This document shows positions 31,255-40,842 of a stretch of 64,000 bases of DNA, in pieces. How positions within the stretch are numbered: position 1 is the first letter of the stretch; every line of letters begins with the position of its first letter. A program made the position numbers and the translations under genes. Source of the stretch: an uncultured Gemmatimonadales bacterium (GTDB lineage: Bacteria > Gemmatimonadota > Gemmatimonadetes > Gemmatimonadales > GWC2-71-9); assembly GCA_963739455.1 (NCBI GenBank), contig CAVUAK010000001.1, positions 1,815,229 through 1,879,228 of the forward strand. Reading direction: 5' to 3'. The notes below the pieces were generated by a model. The model had not been told where the DNA came from. It did not search any database and worked only from the letters and a program-made list of their open reading frames with translations.

Positions 31255-32808
31255 ATGCCCGCCGTACGCTATGCAGCGCTACTGCTGCTGCTATTCCCTG
31301 CGCCAGCCATCGCACAGTCCGTCCCGATGCTGCCCGACTCATCCGGCTGGGGGGTCCAGATCCTCACCGATGTGACAGCGCCCGACGGGTCGCGGTGGGT
31401 CGGTACCTACGCCGAGGGAATCTTCGTGCTCAAGCGCGGTGCAAGGGCGTGGGAACGGATCCGCTCCGATACGACTGACACCTCCATCTCCATGGACTTC
31501 ATCAACGCCATTGCGTTCGGCCCACGGGGGGAGGTGTGGTATGGCACGGTGGGGAACGGCTGGGGGCTGTCGACCGACGGCGGCAGGACCTGGCGCAACT
31601 GGACCATCAAGCAACTGGGACCGGAGTGGCAGTACGTCACCCCCGAGGGCATCAGCACCAAGGGTGATACCACCGTGATCGGAACTGCCGATGGCCTGCA
31701 GATTACCACTGACAACGGCGAGCACTGGACGGCGATCATCGACGGCACCGGCCCCGCAGCCCGTGGCCCCGCCGATGCCGCGTTCGTCCTGCTCGACGAC
31801 GAATACGTGCTCGCGCTCTCGGCGGTGAAGGGCGGGTGGCACGTGCAGACGCTGACCGGCACCATGATGCTGGCTGCATCCGGTGGGAAATGGCGCCGCG
31901 GTGGCGCGGCGGATGCCGGCGCCTCTGCGCGGGTAGCCACGGTCGTGAAGGGCAAGCCGTTGTCGTGCAGTTTCGCGGCGGGTGCGTCGCAGTGCACCCG
32001 GATGGTCGGCCCCGCGCCGGCTGCCGCTCCGCCGGCTGCGCCTCGCACGACATGGTTTGGCCGACCGATTGCACCTCCCGCCAACGACAACATCGACCAG
32101 ACCTACCGCTACGGCAGCACCATGGGTGGCTTCTTCCAGCCGCATCAGGGGGTTGAGTTCAACAATCCCGACGGCACCCCCGTGCTGGCGATCGGCGACG
32201 GGGTGGTGGTCTACTCCGGGCCGGCGGAGGCGGGCGCGCTGACCGTGTCGATCCTGCACGATCGGAAGCTTCCCGTGAACGGCGACACGCTGCTCATCTT
32301 CTCCGTCTACTACCACAACAGCGGGCTGGACGTGAAAGTGGGCGACCGCGTCAAGGCTGGGCAGCCGATCTCACGCGTGGGGAATACCGGGCGAGCCACC
32401 AATGATCACCTGCATCTCGAGGTGCATGCGGCGCCTGATACGGTCATCAAGACCATCGTCGACTCGCTGAACCGGTACCCCAGCTACACCACCAACCCGG
32501 AGCTCTGGATCCAGCCACTGCCGGGCACCGGCATCGTCGCCGGCGTCGTGCGCGATGCCTCGGGCGCCAGGGTGAAGCAGGCGCGCGTGTATGGCATCGT
32601 GAAGCCGACGCCGCGCGAGACGCCCTACGCCTACGCCGAGACGTACGGCGACAAGAACCATCCCAATCCGCTCTATGGGGAGGATTTTGCCGTGGGCGAT
32701 GTTCCGCCGGGGGAGTACCTCATGGGCGTGGATATCGATGGCAAGCCGGTGCGGCGACGCGTCAAGGTCGAGGCCGGCAAGATGACGTGGGTAGAGTTCC
32801 ACCCATAG
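31255..32808 (+). CDS. secreted beta-propeller/BNR-like plus M23 metallopeptidase plus CarboxypepD_reg-like protein
   Basis: Signal peptide MPAVRYAALLLLLFPAPAIAQS, repeated G.S.DGG.TW-like units, M23 motifs PHQGVEF and NDHLHLEVH, and a C-terminal GIVAGVVRDASG segment. Confidence 0.75.
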   Translation: MPAVRYAALLLLLFPAPAIAQSVPMLPDSSGWGVQILTDVTAPDGSRWVGTYAEGIFVLKRGARAWERIRSDTTDTSISMDFINAIAFGPRGEVWYGTVGNGWGLSTDGGRTWRNWTIKQLGPEWQYVTPEGISTKGDTTVIGTADGLQITTDNGEHWTAIIDGTGPAARGPADAAFVLLDDEYVLALSAVKGGWHVQTLTGTMMLAASGGKWRRGGAADAGASARVATVVKGKPLSCSFAAGASQCTRMVGPAPAAAPPAAPRTTWFGRPIAPPANDNIDQTYRYGSTMGGFFQPHQGVEFNNPDGTPVLAIGDGVVVYSGPAEAGALTVSILHDRKLPVNGDTLLIFSVYYHNSGLDVKVGDRVKAGQPISRVGNTGRATNDHLHLEVHAAPDTVIKTIVDSLNRYPSYTTNPELWIQPLPGTGIVAGVVRDASGARVKQARVYGIVKPTPRETPYAYAETYGDKNHPNPLYGEDFAVGDVPPGEYLMGVDIDGKPVRRRVKVEAGKMTWVEFHP

Positions 32809-33407
32809 TGTTCATCGAACTCACGGACCACCTTCGCTGTCCTGAGGATCACGAGGAAGCCTACCTCGTGCTCCTGCCCGACTCTGTCGTGCAGCGCTCG
32901 GTGCAGGCCGGCGAGCTCGGCTGCCCCATTTGCCACCGTACTTTCTACGTCAAGGACGGCGTTCTCGATGTCGGCGACGCGCCGCCGCCAGACGAAGCGG
33001 AGCCATCGCTGGATGGTGGCTCCGTTGCGGCGCTGACCGGCCTTGGTGGTCCCGGCGGTTACCTGGTGCTGGTGGGCCCCATCGCGGGGCGCTGGCGGGA
33101 GGTCGAAGCGGTGCTGAACGGCGTGTCGACCGTCGCAGTCAACGGTCCGGCGTCGCTGGCGGATGCCCGGGGCCTGAGCGTCCTGCGCAGTGCCCGGCTG
33201 CCACTTAAGACGGCATCGATGCGGGGTGTGGTCCTGAGTGGCACCTTCGGGAGCGACGCGGCCTGGATTCGTGAGGCAGCCCGGGTACTGCTGCCAGGCT
33301 TGCGCGTGGTTGGCGAGGGACCGGACCCCGATCCCGCATTGCTCGACATGATCGCAAGTGCAGGCGGGTGGTGGGTGGCGACCGGCCGGAAAACCCTGGC
33401 GCCCTAG
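32808..33407 (+). CDS. hypothetical protein with N-terminal Trm112-like zinc-ribbon
   Basis: LRCPEDH...GCPICH. GTG 32808 shares one base with the M23 stop codon; the start is uncertain and could be 32787. Confidence 0.5.
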   Translation: MFIELTDHLRCPEDHEEAYLVLLPDSVVQRSVQAGELGCPICHRTFYVKDGVLDVGDAPPPDEAEPSLDGGSVAALTGLGGPGGYLVLVGPIAGRWREVEAVLNGVSTVAVNGPASLADARGLSVLRSARLPLKTASMRGVVLSGTFGSDAAWIREAARVLLPGLRVVGEGPDPDPALLDMIASAGGWWVATGRKTLAP

Positions 33408-35236
33408 TTCGCGCCTGGCCCCTCGAGGTACGCGGCCTCGATGCGGTCCCGATATCGCTGCTCCACGATGCGCCGACGCACCTTGAGCGTTGGGGTCAGC
33501 TCGCCCGCCTCGATACTGAAGTCTTCCTTTACCAGCACAAACCGCTTCGGCACCTCGTAGCGCGCCAGGTCACGCAGCATGCGCTTCACCTCGCGCTCGA
33601 TTTTCTCGTGCGTCTCGGACCTGGCCAGGAGCGCATCGTCGTCGATGAAGGCGTACTCATGCCGCTTCGCCCATTCTCGCAGCAGGGGCAGGTTCGGCAC
33701 CACCAGCATGATGGGGTAGGCGCGCCGATCACCCAGCATCACCGCGTTGAGCACCCACTTGCTGGTGCGCACGACGTTCTCGATGGGCTGGGGGGCAATG
33801 TTCTTGCCGCCGGCGGTGACGATGAGGTCCTTCTTCCGGTCGGTGATGCGCAGGAAACCGTCTGCGTCGATCTCGCCGATGTCGCCGGTGTGGAACCAGC
33901 CGTCCGGCTCGAGTACCTCGCGCGTGGCGTCGGGCTTGTTGAAGTAGCCCATCATGACGTTGGGGCCTCGGGTCATGATCTCGCCATCGGGCGCGATCTT
34001 CACCTCATTGCCCGGCAGGGGCTTGCCTACGCTGCCGAGGCGCAGGTCCTTGAAGGTATTGACCGAGATGACCGGTGAGGTCTCCGTCAGTCCGTACCCC
34101 TCGAGGATCGGCAGTTTCGCCGCGAGGAAGAAGCGTGCGATGTCCGCATTGAGCGGCGCACCGCCCGACACGAAGAAGCGAAGCCGGTTGCCGGTGCGGT
34201 CGCGCAGCTTCCGGAACACCAGGCGGTCAGCCACGCCCCGCTGGGCCGCCAGTGCGAGGGGCACCTGCTTCCCCGCCAGGGTCAGGTCGACACACGTTTC
34301 GCCAACGCGCTTGGCCCACCGGAAGATCTGCCGCTTCGCCGCCGAGCCCGCCATCGCGTTCTCCTGGACCCGGGCATAGATCTTCTCGTACAGGCGCGGC
34401 ACCGAGCACATGATAGTCGGGCGGATCTCGCCCATGTCTGCCGACACGGTATCAATGCTGCCGGCATAGTTGATGATGGCGCCGGCGTGCAGCATCAGGT
34501 AGTGCCCCGCCATGCGCTCGAAGATGTGCGACAACGGCAGGAAGGACAGGCACTCCTGCTGCCCCGGATCCTCCTGGATGGGAATGCGCTGCAGCCCGGC
34601 GAGCACGTTCGACGTGATGTTCCCGTGGGTCAGCATCACCCCCTTGGGGTCCCCGGTGGTGCCCGACGTGTAGATGATCGTGGCGAGGTCGCCCGGCCGG
34701 GCCATCAGCGACTCGGCGTCCCAGCCTTCCACCGGCAGGGCGCGGCCAAGCGCCTCCAGGTCACTGAACGAGAGCACATCCGGCCCATGTGCTGAGCCCT
34801 CGAATGCCACCACATGACGGAGGGCGGGCAGCGCTGAGCGCACTTCGAGCACCTTGTCGAGCATCGCCTGCGAGGACGCGAACGCCGCGACGGCGCCGGA
34901 GTCGCGCAGGATGTACTCGACCTGTGTCGCCGGAAGGGTGGGGTAGATGGGCACATCGGCGGCGCCCAGGGCGAGCACTGCGTAGTCCACGAGCGCCCAC
35001 TCGGGGCAGTTCTCGGAGAGGATGGCGACGCGGTCACCCTTCCGGATCCCAAGGTTCGCGAGGGCCAGGCTGACGGCGCGGGTGCGATCGTGCAATTGCT
35101 GGAAGGAAATCGGTGTCCACTGGCCGCCGGCTGGCTTCCAGCGCATGGCGACGGCACGCTCCCGGTAGCGCGCGATGGCGCCGAGGAAGAGTTCGTTGAG
35201 CGTACTGGGCGACGTGGGTGACGGGGCGGTGGTCAC
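33404..35236 (-). CDS. long-chain fatty-acid--CoA ligase (AMP-forming)
   Basis: IIYTSGTTGDPKGVMLTHGN, GYGLTETSP and ITDRKKDLIVTAGGKNIAP. Confidence 0.9.
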   Translation of the reverse strand: MTTAPSPTSPSTLNELFLGAIARYRERAVAMRWKPAGGQWTPISFQQLHDRTRAVSLALANLGIRKGDRVAILSENCPEWALVDYAVLALGAADVPIYPTLPATQVEYILRDSGAVAAFASSQAMLDKVLEVRSALPALRHVVAFEGSAHGPDVLSFSDLEALGRALPVEGWDAESLMARPGDLATIIYTSGTTGDPKGVMLTHGNITSNVLAGLQRIPIQEDPGQQECLSFLPLSHIFERMAGHYLMLHAGAIINYAGSIDTVSADMGEIRPTIMCSVPRLYEKIYARVQENAMAGSAAKRQIFRWAKRVGETCVDLTLAGKQVPLALAAQRGVADRLVFRKLRDRTGNRLRFFVSGGAPLNADIARFFLAAKLPILEGYGLTETSPVISVNTFKDLRLGSVGKPLPGNEVKIAPDGEIMTRGPNVMMGYFNKPDATREVLEPDGWFHTGDIGEIDADGFLRITDRKKDLIVTAGGKNIAPQPIENVVRTSKWVLNAVMLGDRRAYPIMLVVPNLPLLREWAKRHEYAFIDDDALLARSETHEKIEREVKRMLRDLARYEVPKRFVLVKEDFSIEAGELTPTLKVRRRIVEQRYRDRIEAAYLEGPGAN

Positions 35237-35251
35237 GCCGATGTCCTCCCG

Positions 35252-35959
35252 CTATTCGAAGAGAACCAGGAACTTCTGGCCCGAGCCAGGAACTGGCGCA
35301 CCTGAGGCTTGCGTCGCGGTCACCTCGATCAGGACGGAATCGGGTGCGGTGCGGCCGATGACCCGGGAAACGGTGATTCCATTTGGCGTGCCGTCGGCGG
35401 TCGTCAACACCGAGTCGACCAGGCGCAGGTTCGGCAGGGCCACGTTCTGAAGCCCGGTGGTATCGGCGAAGGTCGGCTTCACGATGGTAAAGATGAGGCG
35501 CCGCGCGGTCACCGGCCCGGCGGGATTGTCCGACGCCAGCACCGGGAGCAGGGCCAGGCTTGAAGGCTCACCACTGGCCACGGTCTGTATGGAGTCGGCG
35601 GGCAGGATGATCGTGTCCGGCCGCGCCAGGATGGTGAGCGTGAAGAACCCGGTGGTGAGCGAGCCAAGCTTGGCCTGCAGCCGGCCCACACTGTTCGGCT
35701 TCACGCCCGTGACCAGCCCGGTTGCCGGATCGATGATATTGATCGTCGAGTCGTCAGGCGTCAGCCACACGACTGGTGCAGCGACGCTGTCACCCGCCTG
35801 GTTGAGCGGAATCGCGATGTACTGTGTCGTGTCGCCGAAGTCGATAATGGGAGGCTGCGGCGCAATTACCTGGATCTCGATGACACCGTCGGCGAGTTCC
35901 CCGGCATTGCTGCAGGAGACCAGGCCAAGCACAAGCGCGACACGCGCGACACCCTTCAC
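35252..35959 (-). CDS. lipoprotein, hypothetical (Ig-like beta domains)
   Basis: Lipobox MKGVARVALVLGLVSC. GTGA overlap with the upstream TPR gene. Confidence 0.6.
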   Translation of the reverse strand: MKGVARVALVLGLVSCSNAGELADGVIEIQVIAPQPPIIDFGDTTQYIAIPLNQAGDSVAAPVVWLTPDDSTINIIDPATGLVTGVKPNSVGRLQAKLGSLTTGFFTLTILARPDTIILPADSIQTVASGEPSSLALLPVLASDNPAGPVTARRLIFTIVKPTFADTTGLQNVALPNLRLVDSVLTTADGTPNGITVSRVIGRTAPDSVLIEVTATQASGAPVPGSGQKFLVLFE

Positions 35960-36387
35960 CGCGACTCCGGCTGGGCCGTCAGCTGGCGCAACGCCTCCTC
36001 GGCATGCTGCACCCAGCGCTCCGCATCGGTGCCCTTGGGCGGCCGGGCCAGGAACTCCCGCAGGTGCACTGACGCCGCCTCGGTCTCGCCGCGCTTGAGC
36101 AGCAGGAACGCGAGCCCGTAGTGCGCGCCAACCAGTGACGGGTCCACCTCGAGCGCGCGGCGGTAGAGGCGGATGGCCTCCTCCTGCTGCGCCGTCTTGG
36201 TGAACGCGATCGCCATGTTGAGCATGATGCGGGCGTCGTTCGGGTTGTCGCGATGCGCCAGCCGGTACGAGGTCAGGGCTGCCTCGTAGTCTCCCTGACG
36301 CTCGAGGGCCAGGGCCTCATTCAGGTAATCCAGCCGTTGCGGGCTGACGTTGTCCTTGCCCCCGAAAAGTCGTCGCCAGATGCTCAT
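35956..36387 (-). CDS. tetratricopeptide-repeat protein
   Basis: Three or four TPR-like units (ALALERQGDYEAALTSYRLA..., AIRLYRRALEVDP...). Confidence 0.7.
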   Translation of the reverse strand: MSIWRRLFGGKDNVSPQRLDYLNEALALERQGDYEAALTSYRLAHRDNPNDARIMLNMAIAFTKTAQQEEAIRLYRRALEVDPSLVGAHYGLAFLLLKRGETEAASVHLREFLARPPKGTDAERWVQHAEEALRQLTAQPESR

Positions 36388-36553
36388 GAATGAAGGGCGT
36401 TTTCCGGGTGTAAGTGAAAGACTGGCCTGCGCGTGGCTACGTCAGATAGTATTGTAGTCCGTGGGCGCAGAGCACCGCAACGCAGTCGCTCGCCCGAGCC
36501 GGTTCCCGGCGCCCGTATCTGCTGCTCCAACTCACCCTTCCGCGGGAGCTCTT

Positions 36554-37060
36554 ATGCGTCGGCCACCGCCGTCGGGCCCACGTGGCACCCTCGTGGTGGA
36601 CTGGGCCTTCTTCGGCGAGATCAGCCGGGCCCTGGCGCTGCACGTGGCCCGCGAATACCAGCCGGAGGTGGTGTTGGGTATCGCCAAGGCCGGCGTCATT
36701 CCCGGCGCCGTGGTCGCGTCGATCCTGCAATGCGACTTCGCCTCCATGATCGTGACCCGCCAGGAGGCAGGGGGCGACCCCATCCTCGTTTCCGGTCCGC
36801 CCGCCTCCATTCGCGGCCGGCGCGTCCTGATCGTTGACGAAACCTGTGATACCGGACACACCATGCGGCTCGCGCTGAGTGAGGTCCGCGCGCTCCGCCC
36901 CGCCGAAGTCCACACCGCCGTCTCGTTCAAGACGGGCCCATACGCGCCGGACTACCATGCCTTCGAAACCGAGAACTTCATCATCCTGCCCTGGGACCGC
37001 GAAATCGTGCAGAATGGCGAACTCGTAGTCCGCCCCGACTACGCCGCCCGCCTGGGCTGA
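36554..37060 (+). CDS. phosphoribosyltransferase (purine PRT-like)
   Basis: PRPP loop RRVLIVDETCDTGHTM. ATG 36554 lies within track ORF 36461..37060. Confidence 0.75.
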   Translation: MRRPPPSGPRGTLVVDWAFFGEISRALALHVAREYQPEVVLGIAKAGVIPGAVVASILQCDFASMIVTRQEAGGDPILVSGPPASIRGRRVLIVDETCDTGHTMRLALSEVRALRPAEVHTAVSFKTGPYAPDYHAFETENFIILPWDREIVQNGELVVRPDYAARLG

Positions 37061-37070
37061 TCACACCGAC

Positions 37071-38447
37071 GTGCTCGAACGACTTCTCGACGCGATCAAG
37101 AGCTCCCGCGCCGACTACGCCGACATCCGCCTGGAACGCTCGTCGATCACGAGCGTTGCCTGGCGGGGGCGTCGGCTCGAGGGGGCAAGCACCGGCACGG
37201 ACGTGGGTGGCACGATTCGCTGCCTCAACCACGGTCACGGCTGGGGAATCGCGAGCTTCAATCGGCTTGACGATCTCGAGGCTCGCCTGGCGCGCGCCCA
37301 CGAGCTGTCGCTCGCGGTCCGGCCACCCCATGCGGTCGAGCTCGCGGCGGCGCCGGTGCGCGAAGGTCACGTCCGGCCAGCCCTCGCCGATGATCCGCGG
37401 GACATTCCCCTCCTCGAGAAGCGCCGGTACCTGGAGCACCTCAATGCCGAGATGCTGCGTCTTGATCGGCGCATCGTCGACACGCAGTCGGCCTACCGCG
37501 ACGAGGTGACCGAGTGCTGGTTCGTGAACTCCGATGGTACGGCGTTGCACGAGCTTCGCCCCGACGTGACCCTGTCGGCGCTCGCGGTGGCGCGCGACGG
37601 TGGTGTCCTGGAGCGGGCCGTGGAGTCGCTGGGAGCACGCGGTGGCTGGACCAGGGTGCGTGACCAGGAAGAGCTCTTCCGCGCGGCGGCACGGCGTGCC
37701 GTGGGGCTGCTCGATGCCAAGCCGGTGCGGAGCGGGAGCTATCCCGTCGTGCTCGACCCCCGGCTCGCGGGGGTGGTGGCGCACGAGACTGTCGGTCACC
37801 TCTGCGAGGCGGACACCCAGCTCGAGGATCCGGTAGCTGCCGAGCTCGCCGCCCCCGGACGGCAGCTGGGCAGTGAACTGCTGACCATCGGGGATGACGG
37901 CAGCGTCGCGGGACTCCGCGGCACGCTGCCGTTCGACGACGAGGGCACCCCATCCAGCAACACGCTCCTCGTGCAGCATGGCGTGGTGGTTGGTCGCCTG
38001 CACTCGCGCGAGACGGCGGCGCGATTTGGTGAGCGCCCCACCGGGAACGCCCGCGCCCTGTCGTTCCGTCATGTACCGCTCGTGCGGCTCACCAATACGT
38101 ATGTCGCCAACGGCACGGGCACCTTTGCGGACCTGATCCGCGACGTGAAGCTTGGCGTCTACGCTTGTGATGCCGTTGGCAGCCGGCATCGCGGCGACAG
38201 CTTTTCATTCACGGCAGGGCATGGGTACATGATCCGTGACGGCGCGCTGGCCGAGCCGGTGAAGGGTGTCGTGCTGGCCGGGTTCGTGACGGAAATCCTC
38301 GGCGCCGTGGACCGTGTGGCGGGCGACTTCCGCTGGCACGAGTCGGGTGGCGGATGCGGTAAGGGTGGCCAGTCACCTCTGCCGGTGTCTGAGGGCGCCC
38401 CGCATGTCCGGTTGCGCACTGCCGAGGTGCGGGGGCAGGCGCCGTGA
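37071..38447 (+). CDS. tldD: TldD-family metalloprotease
   Basis: TldD/PmbA fold pattern with an HExxxH site (VAHETVGHLCE). Confidence 0.8.
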   Translation: MLERLLDAIKSSRADYADIRLERSSITSVAWRGRRLEGASTGTDVGGTIRCLNHGHGWGIASFNRLDDLEARLARAHELSLAVRPPHAVELAAAPVREGHVRPALADDPRDIPLLEKRRYLEHLNAEMLRLDRRIVDTQSAYRDEVTECWFVNSDGTALHELRPDVTLSALAVARDGGVLERAVESLGARGGWTRVRDQEELFRAAARRAVGLLDAKPVRSGSYPVVLDPRLAGVVAHETVGHLCEADTQLEDPVAAELAAPGRQLGSELLTIGDDGSVAGLRGTLPFDDEGTPSSNTLLVQHGVVVGRLHSRETAARFGERPTGNARALSFRHVPLVRLTNTYVANGTGTFADLIRDVKLGVYACDAVGSRHRGDSFSFTAGHGYMIRDGALAEPVKGVVLAGFVTEILGAVDRVAGDFRWHESGGGCGKGGQSPLPVSEGAPHVRLRTAEVRGQAP

Positions 38448-39739
38448 TCACCCGGCTGCTCGAGGCCGCGCGAGCGCGGGCGCAAATGGCCGACGCGGTC
38501 GCCAAGACCGACGAGACGCTCACGCTGCGCCTGCGTGACGGCGAGGTCGTTGCCGCACACACCTCAGAGCAGGCCGGTCACAACCTTCGGGTCGTGGTGG
38601 ATGGACGGATTGGCGTCGCGGGAAGCTCGGAGCGGGAGCCGGAGGCATTGCTCGAGGCCGCGATCTCGTCCGCCGCAGCGGGTGACGCCGCGCCACTGCT
38701 CCTGCCCAGTCCGTCACCGCTTCCGCGTGTGCACACTTACGTCCCCAGGGCCGCCGCCGCCACCGCGGCAGAGCTGGGACAATTGGGCGGCCTCCTGACC
38801 CAGCGGCTGCGTCATGCTGGCCGGAGCGTCACGGTCCACGTGGAACGATCGGTGGGGTCGGTGCAGGTCGGGAACACCCGCGGGGTGGACGCCGAGTATC
38901 AGGTTACCCTGCTGGCGCTCGACATCGATGTGGTGGGACCGTCTCAGGATGACAGCGTGCACGTGGTCGCGCACCTGGCCGGTGCGGACCTTCCCGATGA
39001 TGCTGCGATCGAGGCGCTCGTCACCGATTTCGAGCAGAGGCTGGAGTGGGCCTCGGCCTCGGCCCCGGCCCCCGCGACGACGGCGCCAGTGCTGCTGCTC
39101 CCCGAGGCCGTCCGCGCGCTGCTGGCCCCGGTGCAGCAGGCTCTCGTGGGCAAGGCATTCCTGCTCGGTACCTCACCCCTTGCGGACAGTCTCGGTGAAA
39201 GGGTTCTGCATCCCAGCCTGTTCCTGACGGACGATCCGCTCCGCGATGGCAAGGCGGGCTCGCGCCCGGTGGACGACGAGGGTGTCCCCAGCTTCACGGC
39301 GTCGCTGATCGAGGCCGGTGTAATCCGCCGCTGCATCTACGACCTCGAAACGGGCGCGCTCGCCGGGCGTCCCTCCACCGGCCACGGCCGCCGTTCCACG
39401 TTCGGCAAGGCGCAGCCTGCCTTCTCCAACTTCGTGCTGCACGCCGGCGAGGATGACCTTGCGTCCCTCCTCACGAAAATGGGCGACGGACTGCTGGTGG
39501 ACGCAGTCGCGGGGGGCACCGGTGGCAGTTCCCGCTCCGGCACGTTCACCCATCCGGTCGTGCTCGGATACCGGGTGCAGGGCGGGGAAGTGACTGGGCG
39601 CGTCGAGGGAGTCGTCATTGCCGGGAACGTGTTTGATGCCCTTGGGGCCATCGAGGGTATCGGCCGCGATGCACGCTGGATCGGGAGCTCACTCCTGCCG
39701 CCGCTTCTCCTCCAGGGAGTGACCGTCGCCCCACGCTGA
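38444..39739 (+). CDS. pmbA: PmbA/TldE-family protein (no HExxxH)
   Basis: Paralogue of the upstream gene that lacks the metal site. 4-nt overlap with tldD. Confidence 0.75.
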   Translation: MITRLLEAARARAQMADAVAKTDETLTLRLRDGEVVAAHTSEQAGHNLRVVVDGRIGVAGSSEREPEALLEAAISSAAAGDAAPLLLPSPSPLPRVHTYVPRAAAATAAELGQLGGLLTQRLRHAGRSVTVHVERSVGSVQVGNTRGVDAEYQVTLLALDIDVVGPSQDDSVHVVAHLAGADLPDDAAIEALVTDFEQRLEWASASAPAPATTAPVLLLPEAVRALLAPVQQALVGKAFLLGTSPLADSLGERVLHPSLFLTDDPLRDGKAGSRPVDDEGVPSFTASLIEAGVIRRCIYDLETGALAGRPSTGHGRRSTFGKAQPAFSNFVLHAGEDDLASLLTKMGDGLLVDAVAGGTGGSSRSGTFTHPVVLGYRVQGGEVTGRVEGVVIAGNVFDALGAIEGIGRDARWIGSSLLPPLLLQGVTVAPR

Positions 39740-39830
39740 TTTCCCGTCCGGCACTCCCGGTCCGTCCCGTGCAACCCTTCGCCTCGACCCGCCGTCTAAC
39801 GCCTCGATACCCACAACGGCCGGAGGTCCA

Positions 39831-40838
39831 ATGTCATTCGTTCGCGCGTCGCTGGGACTGGCGGCGCTTGCCCTGAGCGTCCCAGGGCTGGTGCAGGCCC
39901 AGAAGCAGTTCACCCTGTCAGGCAATGACGTCGCCATCTACAACCTTGCCGGCACCGTGAGTGTTGCGGCCGGTCGGGGTGACGCGGTGACGGTGGCCGT
40001 CACCCCCAAGGGCAGCGATGCCGACAAGCTCACCTTTGGCGAGGGCACGGTCCGCGGACGGAACGCGCTCCGGGTTCTGTATCCGACCGATCGCATCATC
40101 TACGATGGCATGGGGCGTGGGAGCAGCACGGAACTCTCGGTGCGGAGCGACGGGACCTTCGGCGGCGACAATGAGGACCGGCACGGTAACCGCGGGGGAC
40201 GGGTCCGGATTACCGGCTCCGGCTCGGGTCTCGAGGCGCACGCCGACATCATCATCAGCGTGCCAGAGGGAAAGAGCGTAAACGTCTACCTGGGCGTGGG
40301 CGACATCACGGCGTCCAACGTGAAGGGCAACCTCCGGCTCGATACCTCCAGTGGCCGCGTGGATGTCAGCGGTATCAAGGGTGATCTCGGCATCGACACC
40401 GGCTCGGGTGACGTCAAGGTGACTGGGGCTTCCGGAAGCTCGGTCTCCATCGACAGCGGCTCGGGCGAGGTGAATGGAACGGACATCAAGGCGACCTCGC
40501 TTGACGTGGATACCGGGTCGGGCGATGTGGAGCTGAGTGACGTGACGTCGGAGGATATCTCGATCGATACCGGCAGCGGTTCAGTGAACCTCGGGCTCAC
40601 GACCGCGGTCGACAAGCTGAAGGTGGATACCGGGTCGGGCAATGTGACGATCGCGGTGCCGGGCTCACTCAGCGCCCAGGTCGCCATAGAGACGGGGAGC
40701 GGGGACATCACCACCGATTTCCCGATCCAGGTGCGCAAGACCGGCGGCGATGAACTGATCGGGACAATCGGTTCCGGCACCGGCCGGATCGACATCGATA
40801 CCGGCTCGGGTGACGTGAAGCTCCTGAAGCGGCCGTGA
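39831..40838 (+). CDS. DUF4097-type beta-helical repeat protein with signal peptide
   Basis: Signal peptide, then a roughly 20-aa periodicity with repeated D(T)GSGDV motifs. Confidence 0.7.
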   Translation: MSFVRASLGLAALALSVPGLVQAQKQFTLSGNDVAIYNLAGTVSVAAGRGDAVTVAVTPKGSDADKLTFGEGTVRGRNALRVLYPTDRIIYDGMGRGSSTELSVRSDGTFGGDNEDRHGNRGGRVRITGSGSGLEAHADIIISVPEGKSVNVYLGVGDITASNVKGNLRLDTSSGRVDVSGIKGDLGIDTGSGDVKVTGASGSSVSIDSGSGEVNGTDIKATSLDVDTGSGDVELSDVTSEDISIDTGSGSVNLGLTTAVDKLKVDTGSGNVTIAVPGSLSAQVAIETGSGDITTDFPIQVRKTGGDELIGTIGSGTGRIDIDTGSGDVKLLKRP

Positions 40839-40842
40839 GCCC

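Noticed and set aside
40300-40830. Periodic DNA repeats (GATACCGGNTCGGGNGAYGT...) as a CRISPR-like or satellite array
   Set aside because: They are in frame inside the DUF4097 gene and encode its D-T-G-S-G-D-V repeat. The period is irregular and there are no spacers.
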